DNA of 63,852 nt, the filler included, from Hausera hauseri (Eukaryota): the NCBI GenBank assembly GCA_046269625.1. It is 12 parts of 12 records of this genome, joined end to end, with 100 filler letters (N's around TTAATTAATTAA, not from the genome) between each part and the next. Parts side by side here need not be neighbours in the genome. Positions count along the whole stretch, not along the records: positions 23,858 to 28,746 come from JBJURY010402479.1; positions 28,847 to 33,481 come from JBJURY010495464.1; positions 33,582 to 39,034 come from JBJURY010252069.1; positions 39,135 to 43,398 come from JBJURY010669440.1; 8 more parts are not named here. One strand, written 5' to 3'. A model generated the notes under the pieces. It was not told where the DNA came from and did not search any database. It saw only the letters and a list, made by a program, of their open reading frames with translations. Shown one piece after another: positions 26,801-40,220 of this stretch. Each line of letters begins with the position of its first letter. Position 1 is the stretch's first letter. Made by a program: the position numbers and the translations under genes.

Positions 26801-28746
26801 ATTTTTGTTCCTTTTATCGGTCCGAGTTCAATTAGCTTCGAGGTGTTTAAGTATACCGCTATATTTGGTAGACGCCTTAATACATCGCATCCTAATACTA
26901 CGCCATCCGTTAAGTGTTCCATTATAGAAAATTCATGTTGGAATGTTTGTTCCATTATCTTGATATTAGTATCCCATTTAAATTTCGGTCTCGATCCTTA
27001 TCCAAAAGCTCCGATGCTTCCGGGGTCGGTTGCTAGCGGTAACAGCAGTTGATTTCGTAATGCTTTTGGTACTGATCTGTCATTTATGAATGATTTCTCT
27101 GATCCAATATACTAATTTTGGCGAAGGGTCTACCTTCTTTTATCCTAGACTGTTTAACAGAGGATACCTTGTGCCCATTTATACTTATTTCTGGTATGCG
27201 ACTAGTATCTTCGGCTATCTGTCTCAATTCATTAGAGGGATATAATCCGTTATTTACGCAGTTTTCATCGTCTCGTTCTTGCGTACTGATTAATGGTTCT
27301 TGATTGTTTGAATTACGAAAAGATTGCATATGTGGACTATCTCAAATCGATGATTTGGTTTCTACGTTTCGTGGGATCCTTGGGAAATATATTACCCTGT
27401 GATCGATGACAAAATTCCGATTTTTCTCTAGTTCCGTACATCTTCCGTAACGCACCGTATTGCTTTGTCCCTTCATAAGGGTCTTCATAGCTAAAAGGTT
27501 TCCTATAGATTTCCGACCTGTAAGAGTTAATTGATCTTTTATCACAGTCCTCATATAATGGCGCCGAAGGGCGCAGCATAAGGAGAGATGGTTTTATAAC
27601 CGAGTGTGCCTTATGTTTACTTATTTTTGAGACCACGTTTCCTCACTTAGGTTCGTCGTCATCTGATTCGTTTCTTCGTAATTTTATATCCCTTTGTCCT
27701 ATGAAGAATACGTGTTTTCTCTTTCGTTTCCGATTATAATAGCCAACATGTCTTTGAATGTTGCTTTTCCATTTGCTGTCTTCATAAGCCTTCAAAAATT
27801 TTCCGAAAGGCGTTATAATTGCTGTCAAAATTTTAGACGAAAATCCAGTTAAGGTAAATATTTCATAACCATTTATAACGGATTGAATTACTGCCTTAAT
27901 GAGTTGTACTAAAAAATATATAGCTAAAAATCCAGATGTAGCTTGTACGAAAATTAAAAATATTCCCCTGATCTTGTATAATATCTCCGTGGTGACTCTT
28001 TGATAATTATTGGCACCAAATAAAGATTCCCGTTTTGCCTGATAGTGGTATCGTCTATCACTGTTGATATAGCTCTATTCAAGTCATGTGTACGCTGATG
28101 AGGAAAAGTTAGAAACTGTCTAAGAGCCTCAATTTCCTTTGATCTGTAAATTGCGTTACTCGTGGTGTCAGCGAATTTATCATTCGTTATACCCTTTAGC
28201 AAATTCGTTCCTGTTAGTTTGTTAGGTGTATTTGTTATTCATCCATTTGGCAGGCTTACCCAATCTGTCTCACTTATCCTAAACATACGTTCTCCCAAGT
28301 CTGATTTACATTCCTTCAGAATTGTTCTTTGCTTTGAGTTTTCCAGTAAGACTCTTGTAAGTAGCATAGCTAATCGAGGTACGTTATGGTATAGGATTGG
28401 CAATTCTTGTCTACAGCGTTTTTCGTCTACATTTTTCAATTTCGTATGTTAACGGAACTTCTCCGGCAACTCTTTCGAAAATACCTACTTTCATTGTAAT
28501 TACGGGAGAAGCTAATTCCGAGTTGGCATATATTAAGGCCAATTTGGTCCTCATGATTTCTATGTCAAACTTATAGTCATTCGCGATCATTTTGTGATAT
28601 AAATCTGCTATCCCGGCTTGCCATTAATAATAAAAGTGATGGTCTCTGTTTCTCAAGTAGTCTTCTATTCTTACGTCTTGTGTTTCCAACGTAAAGGTAG
28701 TTATTGCAGCTTCTGCTACAAAGAATGCTCCGTAATATGTGGCATA
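23858..28746 (-). mobile_element. Gypsy-type element A: env C-terminal half, linker, degenerate PR, RT, RNase H, start of integrase
   Basis: Env RVAGEV...CRQELPILY...AIYRSKEIEALRQFLTFP and TM VQATSGFLAIYFLVQLIK (about 27640-28746); RT RFCIDYRELN, DLQSGYWQV, YLDD; RNase H KTDASKEG, TDHK; integrase Zn region GHMSWKKTLDRVLNKYYWP. Confidence 0.9.
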
Positions 28747-28846
28747 NNNNNNNNNNNNNNNNNNNNNNNNNNNNNNNNNNNNNNNNNNNNTTAATTAATT
28801 AANNNNNNNNNNNNNNNNNNNNNNNNNNNNNNNNNNNNNNNNNNNN

Positions 28847-31800
28847 AACATGCAACTGAAACCAATATGTTTACCGGCGTATCCAAGTCAGCATTTTATA
28901 ATAAGAAAGAGATCGGTTTGTTTGTGAAGTTTTTGGCATATCCAAAACAAAGAGAACAAATCGTAAATCGAGGGGTACATCGAGTAATAGATGACACAGC
29001 AGGAGAAGGAAAATGGGATTGATTATGGACTCCGGATGCCTATAACAAAATTGTCTCAAATTTGTGGTATAAAATGTGAGGAGGATTTCTAAGATTTGGC
29101 CAAGTAACCTCAGGGTTTCTGGCAATCTACTTCATTATACAAATTTTAAAAGTTTGTATCAACTCTGTACTGAATGCTAATAAAATTTACAATCTAACAG
29201 AACTATCGTTGAGTATAATAGGTGCTTTATTTTCTCCAATTGGCAAATTCATTAAAGCCTACCATGAAACACAATGGCGAAGTAAATTAGAAAAACATGT
29301 TGACTACAAGTCAGAGAAACAATTTCCAAAGGATACCTCATCAAGTTCAGATGATAATACTGCCCCTGAATATTGTCGTACAACAGGGATTCCTAAGAAC
29401 AAGAGAAGACAATTCAAATTTATGAAACCGAAGACAAAGAAAAAGCACAAATTACCTGCTGCACCACATGAGAGTAAAACAATGCCTATTTGTAAATTCC
29501 CTAACCTAACAGATTTAACGGAGTCTTACGCGAAGAAAGAAGATTACATAAAATTACGTAGCTTACCAAAACACTATCAGGAAGAGATACGTCAATCTAT
29601 TATTACACGAAATATGGAAAATAATCGAATAACATTACCAATGTCACCTAAACTGGGCATGATACCACCAGTACCTTATCACCAAGTAACCAGATTAATA
29701 GAAGTTCAACCAGACAGAAAATCCCATTTTTCAACTTCAATATTTAAACCCAATAATAAGCAGCAGACAATATCAAAGCATTCAACTCGCTACCCAGACT
29801 TGACCGAACTCAAGGATAAAGCCAAAGGGTCAGAAAATGATACACAATCACAAGAAAGTCTAACGGCCATATTAACTAACGGCACTCCCCGATACTGTTC
29901 AGCCAGTTATACCTTGATGGAACCTCACAGATGATCACAACGACGTCCTAACATTTCTCGAATTACTAAGAGATAATCGACCTCACACTACAGTTCATTT
30001 CGGTACTTTTGACCTTAACACTATGGTAGATACGGGAGCGAACGTGGCATGATTAGCGAAACAGTCAATTCCTGAAAATTTACAATATCAAATAAAATTA
30101 GCCACCAAGGATTCGCTCAGTACCATTTCAGCCTTCCAGCAGTGTAACAAACCTTATGGATAATGGAAATGTGAACCATGAATTTTCGGACAAAGAATCA
30201 AAATAACTTTCGACGTAATGACCACCTTAGATCCAAGATGGATCCTAGGGATGAATGTCTTACGGAAATTACAGGGTGTTCACATAAATCTACAATCTGG
30301 ATCAATTATCCCTAATAACGAAAATATTTCTCATACCTACGATAAAGCAGACATATGGGTAGGACATGCTGAGAAAATACAACCCAATTCCAGGATAGTC
30401 ATACATGCTAGAACGATATTTTCAGACAATAGTGTAATCGAGTTCGTACAGAAAATACTCCAAAACTGACTTATACTGCCACATTATTGCGTTAACGTAG
30501 TCGGAGGATCTATCCACATAGAAATTTTAAATCCGACACCAAATATGCCACATTATTCACTAAGATGAAACTTGGACGGGCCCTGGAAACTACTCATCAT
30601 GAGGAATACAACAGTAAAATCGCAATTACCTCAACCCAAGGTGAAGAAAAGGAAGAAGATGTAATTGATATTGTTCTCGCAAAAGCGAAGAAAAACTTAT
30701 TATATGAATATCTAGAAAACTTCTTCGATCTCATTTTTGAGTATCTTGACATTTTTGCCAAAGACGAAACAGATATAGGACTAACTGATTTGGTCAAATT
30801 CAAACTATCATTTATGATTGACCCATTATCAGGAAAAGAAATAGACTTGTTGCGACAACCCATACCAAAGTGGTACCCTCCTCCGAAAGCACTCTAAAAG
30901 GAAATTGAGGAACAGATTCAAACTATGTTAAGCAAGGGTATCAGAGCCTAGTCAATCGCCATGGACGTCACCTATAGTAATGGCTACAAAGGTTAATACG
31001 GCAAAACACCGTTTGTGTGTAAATTACGTTACCTTAAGTAAGCACTTAATGAATCACGCTTATCCGATTCCTCGAATACGAAACATTATAGACGAACTAA
31101 AAGATTGTAAGTATTTCACTACATTAGATTTACAAAGTGGTTTTTGGCAAATACCCAAAGCTGCAGAAGATCGGTGGAAAAATGCGTTTAAGACCCTACA
31201 AGAGTTTATCAATTTACACGTATGCCATTTGGTTTGAAAACGGCACCCACCTTCTTCCAAAAATTTATTCGTTTGGTATTAAAAGGAGTACGAGGATTAT
31301 CATACATTGACGACATTCTAATCGCATCCAGGACATGGTCGGCAAATCTAGTAGAGTTAAAAGAAGTATTTGAACGAATTAGGCTTGCAAAATTAAAGCT
31401 AAATCTGAGAAAATGTGAATGGTGCAAGAAGGAAGTGAGATACCTTGGATTTGTTGTCTCCCACCAAGGTATATCTACCAGTCCTGATTTGATATCTAAA
31501 ATATTGGAATATCCCCCACCAACTAACGTACACGAGATGAAAGCTTGGTTAGGATTGGGAGGATTTTACGCTACCTTTATAGCCGACTTTGCAGAAATTA
31601 ACCAGCCTCAATATAAACCATTAAGAAAGGACCAAAAATGGGAATGGACAGAAGAGAAGCAGAATGCTTTTGACGAGATCAAAAGGCGAATGGTATCAGC
31701 ACCGATACTGAGATACCCGGACTTTTCACGTTTGTTCATTCTGAAAACTGACGCAAGTATAAAAGCTATTAGTTATATATTAGCTTAGCAAGACCCCGAC

Positions 31801-33481
31801 GAAACAACTGAACATGTAATTGCCTATGGAGGACGAAGTTTAAATAATGCAGATCGAAAATACTCAACCATTGAATTAGAGCTACTAGCCATTCAGGATG
31901 TATTGCGACATTACAAATATTTTGTTTATGGTCATAAAATTATATTTACAGATCACAAAGCACTGTTATCCCTACGCTCCGACAATAGGCATGTATCAAG
32001 CCGACTCGAAAGATGGAAGTTAGAGCTTCTGAACTATGACCTTGAGTATCGATATCGTCCAGGAAAAGAAAATACGGATGGAGACGCCCTTTCGAGAATA
32101 CCATACGAAAGAATAGTCGCAGCAGCCCATAAGCCAATAGATAACGGAAGCGATAAACAATTGAACGAAAAAATTATCAACGATATGTTACAAGAACAAC
32201 GACAAATTCAGGTCCGGAGTATAGAGACTTTACAAAATCAAGATCCATTCATTGTTGAAGTCAAATAATTACTCAATGGACAGTTAGTTGGCCCAGTATC
32301 TAATTCAATTCAACAATTTTATACAAAACACAGAGAGAATCTAGAAATTGAAAATGGCATTTTAAGACTAAAAGTCGGTGAGCGATAACTGATCATTGTT
32401 CCCACACCAGCAATTAAATCTGTTATACTTCAAGAACATGATTCACACTTAGCTGGACATCCGTCCTTAAATAAGACTCTGAAGCGTATAACTGCAAAGT
32501 ATTATTGGCCTCAAATGAATAAACATATTGAAGGATGGGTTCGTTTGTGTAAAATATGTGATACACGAAAAGACAGAGGGTTCCGTGTTTAACATTTTTT
32601 GGCCAGTCTACCTGAAGCTCGGAAACCAATGGAAGTGTGTTCAATGGATATCTCTGGACCCTTTCCAATTTCCGATTCAGGATACAAATATATATTATCA
32701 CTTGTTGACTATTTCTGTCTCTATGTTGTACTAGTACCCTTAATAACATGACTAGTGACACCGTGGCGGAAGCCTTTTTCTATGCGATTGTAGCCGTACT
32801 GGTCGCACCGAAGCAGTTATTAACTGATCGCGCTCCATATTTCATCAGCGAATTATTCGAAAAACTATTGAAAATATTTCACTGTAAACATCTGTTGACT
32901 ACATCCTACCATCCGCAATGCAACGGTATGGTTGAAAGGATGAATTGTACAATCCCAGGTATTCTTTTTACAAAAGTAGCACATGATCAAAAGGATTGGC
33001 ATAATCATTTAAAAACTACTGCCTTTGCAATCAATACTACACCAACTAAGGATACTAATCATTCACCTTTCGAATTAATGTTCGGACAATTACCTTTATT
33101 ACCATGAGATACGGAATTATTACCATCATCCTTATTGACAAGTGACCACATGCATGAGCAATATCAGAATTTGAATACTTCCAAAAAGAAGCGAAAGAAT
33201 TTGAAGAAAAATACAGAGCCGGATATAAAAACAATTTAATAAGAAGGCACGACCACATACCTACAAAATCGGCGATTACATAATGGTTCATTATCACTCT
33301 GCAAAGTAAAGTAAGTTGTTAAAATTAACACGTACTGGACAAAGACCATACAAAGTTGTTGATGTGCGCCCACAGACACTTTGTCCAGAATGGACCAAAC
33401 AAATACGAAGCGGTCTCTGTTCAACGAGTAACGCGAGCCCCTGCACCATACAACGACTTTATTCGGGAAACAAATACTGAT
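28847..33481 (+). mobile_element. Gypsy-type element B: env C-terminus, linker, PR, RT, RNase H, integrase
   Basis: GGFLRFGQVTSGFLAIYFIIQILK (about 29080-29150) runs into ORF 29209-29934. PR MVDTGANV near 30025; RT LDLQSGFWQI, YIDD; RNase H KTDAS, TDHK; integrase H...GHP...YYWP...CKIC, LTDRA, YHPQCNGMVER. Confidence 0.92.
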
Positions 33482-34051
33482 NNNNNNNNNNNNNNNNNNN
33501 NNNNNNNNNNNNNNNNNNNNNNNNNTTAATTAATTAANNNNNNNNNNNNNNNNNNNNNNNNNNNNNNNNNNNNNNNNNNNNCATCAAGTTCACGAATTCT
33601 TGCGAGTGTAAGGTATTTTGAAAAATCATGTCGTGGACAAAGAATAAGATGAAACAACTGTTGAATGGAATAGATGAAATTTATGATCTGTGGTATAGAA
33701 ATAAAGTAATGTTTTACTCAAATGGTTTAGGATTCCAGAGGCGGTAGGAGTCGTGTCAGAATGATGGCAATATGTCACCAAAAAACGTCTTCACTAGGTA
33801 ACAATTGTAAGTCAAATATGCAAAACGATCAAAAACGGGTGAAATCATAAACAACAAAGAGTAAAGGTAATGTTGCCAACATGGACCGGTAACAATTTTA
33901 ATAAAATTGGAGAAGCTAATAGAAATTACAATGACCAACTTTTGGGCGGCCTCTATTCTCTTTACCTCAGTGTAAATATTGAGAGTATCCTGATAGAAAA
34001 AGGCCAGTGTTGTTAAATTATGATTCGAAAAGGGTATAAGTTGGAAAATTA

Positions 34052-35330
34052 TCAAATAAATAACGCCGCACCGTAAGTTTTGTGTTTCAGGTAATTTCTT
34101 GTGGGAAAAATGCAGAGAAAAGTTTGCATGGTCTTAAATCGCCAATTTGGAAATACGTGTTTGATACTTAACAGAGTCACATGGGGATTTATAATCGAAA
34201 CAGTTTTATTATTCACGACTCCAACAAAACCTCGTTTATATGCGTCATACTGGGTTTTACAATCAACGAGAGAAAAGACAATAATTTCTAGTTGATTATT
34301 TTCGTCCGTTTGTGACTTTACTATTAAACATACAAGCTCGCCAACTGTTTTCACCGATGCTAGAAATGTAGAATGTTTTCCTTCCAATTGATCATCATGC
34401 AGAAAAAGGTTTATATGTATGGTCGTATTGTACAATGAAGCATGATCGGGCATCGTATAGAATAAAGCATTCCGTACTTCAAACGGACTATTCTTCTCAA
34501 CACTGCCATACTGTTCAATCGTACTAAATCCCTTGTTTATAGACAAGGTAGATACACATGACGTTTGCGCATGATATGTGTGATCCTGTACTAATTTCAC
34601 ATCTACGGCCACATAAAACAGAAATACCACGTCGTCAATATAAAATGATGAATACAATCTATTAGAATAATCCAATTTTCTCCATGATATAATGTTTATC
34701 ATATTACTCACAAAATCTCGTAAAGAATAACTGAATACTTCCATAAATTGCGTACTATTCAAATGATTATTATTATTAAGTATAATTCGTATGTGACTAT
34801 TTGTTACGACTAAATTTGTAACTTTTACGGGATAGTTGAAGAAGTTTAAAATCTGTTCCGTTAGTATTCGAATATTACCAATGGTAAAATGAGATTTGGA
34901 TGTGAACCCACATACAGGAAATAGCTTTTCACTGACGTCTTGATTTTGACAAATGACAAACAGTAGACACATAGTTAAAGGTGTACTGAAATCATTAATC
35001 GCTTTATTTTCAAGGAAATCTAGAGATTGGAATATAGTTTTGAAAAATGGTTTAAGAAGGTTTGTGAACACATAATTAAATATCACACAACGAATGGTAT
35101 GGACTAAACGTTTATATGCACGTAAGGCAAGTCCAAAACCACTTTTGTGACCATGTAAACAAGATTCAGGTATTTTCCTACTTACAAAACCAAGGGAAGG
35201 CGATGTTGTGTCAACTATATAATGGGCAAAGGAGTAGTGGAAAAGTGGGTAAGAAATATTGTGAATAAAAAATGTATGAAAAAAATAATCGCCGACCGAA
35301 CAATGCATAATGGAGAATCTCACCTCGTCA
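34052..35330 (-). CDS. Unidentified ~425-aa open frame continuing in frame from the SSRP1 Rtt106-like domain
   Basis: Long stop-free frame in AT-rich DNA. It is not the acidic/HMG tail expected for SSRP1. Confidence 0.4.
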
Positions 35331-36600
35331 CTGCTCAAAGCGTATTTTTTTGCTTTTATAAAGTCTATAAATCTGGAATACTCGCTCTTGTCTATTCCAC
35401 TGGGCGTATGTACCGCACCATTCTGAGTTTCGGTATCAGAATCGAATGACCGTTGCGCAACTGAGGCTCGGGATAGGTTTACGACTGATATTTCTACGCC
35501 ACGCAAACTAATACATGGCTTCGAGAAGAATATGAAACTTTTTTTGATAGGGTTCAGGAAACTAGACAGTTTTGTAAATACCAGAAATCGATCTGGTCTT
35601 AGTCTTGCTTTCAAATTTGTTGGGTACTGTCAACCTTAGATTGTACAGATTCTTGAACAATTTTGTCGTAATTTCGTATGTCAGTCCTGATAATCTGTGT
35701 AAAATACTCTCATTATAATTCTCTTTTAAAAAATCCTCCTTGCACTGTAACTCCACTGTTTCCTCGTTTTCATTATTAAGCGACAATATAATGTAATAAC
35801 ATTTAGTTTGGTCATGTGTTAACAGAAGGTTAACTTGCATCACAAAGAATATGTGCCTTTCGTCCAAATATGGCAACAAGAAAAACCGTACAAAATGATC
35901 TTTTGACACACTGTAATAATATATTTTACTACGCAAATGTATGAAATTTTGACACAGTTTGATAATGTATCGCTTGCGAGGTTGTAGGCAGTGCATTTTC
36001 TTCAAAGTAACCAGAGAATCCGCCTAATTATTTACGGTGTTTGTCTCGCTTTTTACGCGCAAGTACAAATCCTCCATAATATTTTCTTTCTGTGAAACTG
36101 TTGCAAATTGCCTTACACAAATAGGAAATGCATCTTCGGTAGATTGAAATTGTATTGTTAATTGGTTCTTCGACAGATTGACATTAATCACATCTTGGAA
36201 ATTTATGTCAAAACAACGCAGATTGTTAACTAGAAATTTTATATATTCGTCGTTAATGTTTGGTTTCCTCTCATTCCGGCCTACCACACAATTATCAATA
36301 TTGACCACAGAAATTTCATAATTTACTTGAAAAAATTTCGAAACTTTGTCACACTCATTTTCCGAAAATCCATCAAAATAAACTCGTTTTTTATTGAGAA
36401 ATTTTAAGCACAGTCCGAATCCTCTAGCACGAAAGAACCATTCTGCAGAACGAATTTGTTTGGACTCAAAGTGACCGCTTTTCCCGGTTTTCTCATTTTT
36501 ATAATAAATTGTCGGCAGAGTTAATTTGACTTTCATTTCGGAACACGATCCAAGCTGTTCGTAATAAAGATTGTCAAGTACATACGTATTCTGCACTTGT
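35330..36600 (-). pseudogene. SSRP1: SSRP1/POB3 (FACT subunit) divergent copy covering the PH and Rtt106-like domains
   Basis: YKNEKTGK...YFDGFSENECDKVSKFF; CLQPRKRY...RFFLLPYLDERHIFFV...SGLTYE...TVPNKF; FIFFSKP...QRSFD...IDKSEYSRFIDFIKAK. In-frame TAG at 36024-36026 and a frameshift near 35570. Confidence 0.88.
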
Positions 36601-36828
36601 CTTTGAACAATGGCGAACTTCCTTTTCAAATTGTACTGTAATCTTGATATCATTAATAAATAATCATCCGTTGAAACTCCCATATCGTTGTAATAACTCG
36701 TTAATTTCGGTGAGCAGTATTTCTGAATTGGTTTCTCTTCAGTCGATTTTTGAATTGGATAGAAAAATATGGAATAGAATCGCTCAAGGTTCTTGTTAAG
36801 CATTTGGACCATTTTACAGCTGAGAATA

Positions 36829-37545
36829 TTAGTCTTCAAAATTTGGTGTTGGGAATAGAATTTTCATTGATTCAAAATTTTTAAATTCGTGTCTCTGACA
36901 GAATTCAAACAGGGTATCTATCAGAGGTCTCAATCGGTGATATGTAAAGTCATTTTCATAAAATTCATTTTCCATCTGACTAACCGGTTCAGCCCACAGA
37001 GGTGTTTCCGGATAGTTTTGCGGTACCTTGATAAAAAACAGAAATTTATGATATCCATCTGAATCCGAAAAGACATTAAGTTTCAAACTGACGTTGAGTT
37101 TCAATTTTGTAAAATCCATCAGTTGAATTAGAATATTTTTATGGTAGTTTTGATGTATTGATCGAAATAACACTGATAATTCATTGTTTAATTCTTGGCC
37201 ATACTCTCTCATTAATACCATGAAATCGATGGATAATAATACATTAAAATAATATAACAATACATTAAGACTGCCTTTGTTTGTTGCGTATGTAAGAAAA
37301 GTTGATGTCGATTCGAAACTTGTAATGTATTCATTGGAATGTGCTTGGTCGGGAAACGTTTTTCTTGGTCGACCATTCTTTCGGTCATTCTCACCAGTAT
37401 TTTCCATCAACTGCAACCTTAATTTTCTATCATACCACGCTGCAGCATAATTGTCATTCGACTGAAGTTTTGTAATGTTCTTAATGAATTCTTGTTCTGA
37501 CACCAGATGTTGTTTTATTAATATTATATTTACAAGTAATAGCAA
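36829..37545 (-). CDS. Hypothetical protein with a possible RWD/UBC-like fold
   Basis: 238-aa ORF; FFIKVPQNYPETP resembles the PxxYPxxP motif of UBC/RWD folds. Confidence 0.35.
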   Translation of the reverse strand: MLLLVNIILIKQHLVSEQEFIKNITKLQSNDNYAAAWYDRKLRLQLMENTGENDRKNGRPRKTFPDQAHSNEYITSFESTSTFLTYATNKGSLNVLLYYFNVLLSIDFMVLMREYGQELNNELSVLFRSIHQNYHKNILIQLMDFTKLKLNVSLKLNVFSDSDGYHKFLFFIKVPQNYPETPLWAEPVSQMENEFYENDFTYHRLRPLIDTLFEFCQRHEFKNFESMKILFPTPNFED

Positions 37546-39134
37546 AAGATCTGAGAAAACAAAAATTATATTTCAAAATTTAAAAGAAAAATCATAATAA
37601 TGAAAGACGTGATACAGACAATGTAGATAAATTTGACTTTGTTGTTGTTGTGGGGGTTAGGACAATCAACATTGTTCTGCAATGCAAATAGAAACACACA
37701 TTGTAAAGACACATGTGGTAGAAATTCAAATTACCTGACAGCTATCTCTTCCTAAACTTTATTCAGCTTATCTTTTTTTTTATATTTGGTTTCAAATAAA
37801 ACTCCAATAAACTGTAGACATTGATTATTGAGTGCCCAGTACTGTTAAATACTGTACAACAAAATGTTGCACATTTTGTATTACATTCTGAATACATATT
37901 AGAAAAAAAACTGTATTTCACATAACTAAAACTTGGGCCTTGATTGTGTTTTGATGCCATTTCACAATTAAATAATTCACAATTTGGTAACCATCGGTTC
38001 TCATAATAAACACACCATATATTTCTGTATTATGACATCTTGACAGATAAAACAATCTTGTTACTGAAAGATAAAACAACCTTGCTAGAGATCAGTCACA
38101 CCCGATTAACTTTATCACTGAATTAGATCACAAGACACAACATCTGAATCCTTAGCATCAAACTGAATAATTTTCCTTAAATATTATATATAATGATTTT
38201 AATTTATTAAGCAAAATTCTATCATCGTTAGATATAAATATAATACATAAAGCGTAACTGTGAAATTCCACGTTCATTCACTAACTAACTACTATGCCAA
38301 TGTTTATGATTTTGTCTGTCTTTATCAATACACAACTGACCTTGATCACAAAACACAAAAACAAGTTACGCAAACACATTATGTTTTAAAATAAACAGAC
38401 AGTAAATCAAAATTGCACTCTGTGACAGAAGATTGTCAGAAACTGTCAGAAAGGTCCAAAAAGTCTGACGATCGCTACAAGACAGACTGCACCTCTGTAT
38501 GATAATAGATTTGTTGTTTAAAGTGTGGCTGGAACAAAATGGCTCTCTCCATCGGTTGAGGGGGGGCTAGCTTGAGTTCTCACTATTCCCACCCTCTCCA
38601 CCTTAATGGAAGTTTCACACTAAGAACCACTTGTATGTTAAAGCATTATTTTCTCATGCATGGAATTGAAATTAGTCAATAGGCTTAAAACGTAAAAATA
38701 ATGTTTGATTGACAGTTCCCCAAAACATACTTAATTAACTGTTTAGTTTGATACAAAGTTGCTAAACGTCTTCACTTTAGCGACTCTCGCCCAGAGCTGC
38801 AGCAAATAGAGTCAAATGCTGAAGCCATTAAAATAATGCAGGGAGTGGAAAATGTAAGAAATTATCCAATCCATGATTTTTTGCCACTCAACAGTTCAGA
38901 AGATCAGGATTCTAATACAGACCCTGAAAGCACAGCAGATATAGAACATGTATATGAAAACCAAGGAATGATAACAAGAGCTCAGACATATGAGTCTTTG
39001 AACCAGCCTGTAACTTCAGCACACTTTACATACANNNNNNNNNNNNNNNNNNNNNNNNNNNNNNNNNNNNNNNNNNNNTTAATTAATTAANNNNNNNNNN
39101 NNNNNNNNNNNNNNNNNNNNNNNNNNNNNNNNNN

Positions 39135-40220
39135 CATCAGGGAATTCGGCGGGATCCTTTATTATTCCGTCCGATATTGCTGAGAGATATATCCTGTTTC
39201 TGATTATTTCTCTTAATTTTACAGCCATTTAGAATTATTTCACGGTACATTGTATAAATATTCTTTTGATGAAAATGATAAACAAAATCCCACTAATTAT
39301 CAAAGTATAGATGTCGTTCCACTTCTGATTTATCAATTTTTCTTTTTGCATCAACTATTATAGTTGTTGACAAAAATATTCTTTTAGAGTACGTTCGGTA
39401 TATTACCCGGTTACATCTCTTTGCATCACTTTTTATTTTGAATCTCATCCTTTTGTTTGAGTCTTCAGAGTATACAATAGTTGGAATCTCAACCATATAT
39501 GACACTCGATCTAATCTGCTTTTCGATATTTTTTTCTTATACATTTGTCCTTCGGTTTCATTAAACTTTCCGCATATTCAATGGCATTGATATTTATCGA
39601 CTTCGTATCCAATGTTGATTCACCTGTATCACATTTTTTGTTGTAATAATCACACTTAAGGAATATCATAATTTTTCCTTATTCCAATTCGAACACGGCA
39701 TAATATTCTCTCAACTCAATTTGATAACCCTCGATAGCTAATACATTATCCAGAATTTCCCCATTTATATTGTAATATTCTCCCTTACAATATCCTGTCT
39801 TATCAATTGCTCCAGCTACAAAAATTCTTTTGTTAATAACTTTTCCTTTTTGAGCCTTTAACCGAATACTTCCGATATTAATTTGTTTTGTTACAAAAGC
39901 CTCGATACTTACTTCAAACAAAGTAGCAGGTTCTATTATGGCTGAGTTTTTATACCAGTAACCACAAATAAAGTGAACGTGATTCTTTCGCACGAAACAT
40001 TCTATAACTTTAGTTTTCGCAAATATCGATTCTTGATAAACGTGATATTCCTTACCGAATGTTGTAGTTAGCGATGCCGGATTGGCATATGTACATTTCT
40101 CTATGTCTAGCAATAAGTATATCGGACCTTCCTTTTCCTGACTATAGTAATATGCGATGACAGAAAATGTTTTCTGAATAAAATTGAATAACAGAAGTAC
40201 ATGTAGGACTTTAATTACCC
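39135..40220 (-). pseudogene. Chuvirus-like envelope glycoprotein, N-terminal half (element D)
   Basis: Hydrophobic WVIKVLHVLLLFNLF, then SVIAY...LLDIEKC...YQES...KVIECFV...FICG...AGAIDKTGYCKG...KCDYYNKKCDTGES, a Cys pattern like chuviral-type G proteins. Confidence 0.72.

Noticed and set aside
23858-33481. Head-to-head arrangement of elements A and B
   Set aside because: They are separated by the linker at 28747-28846.
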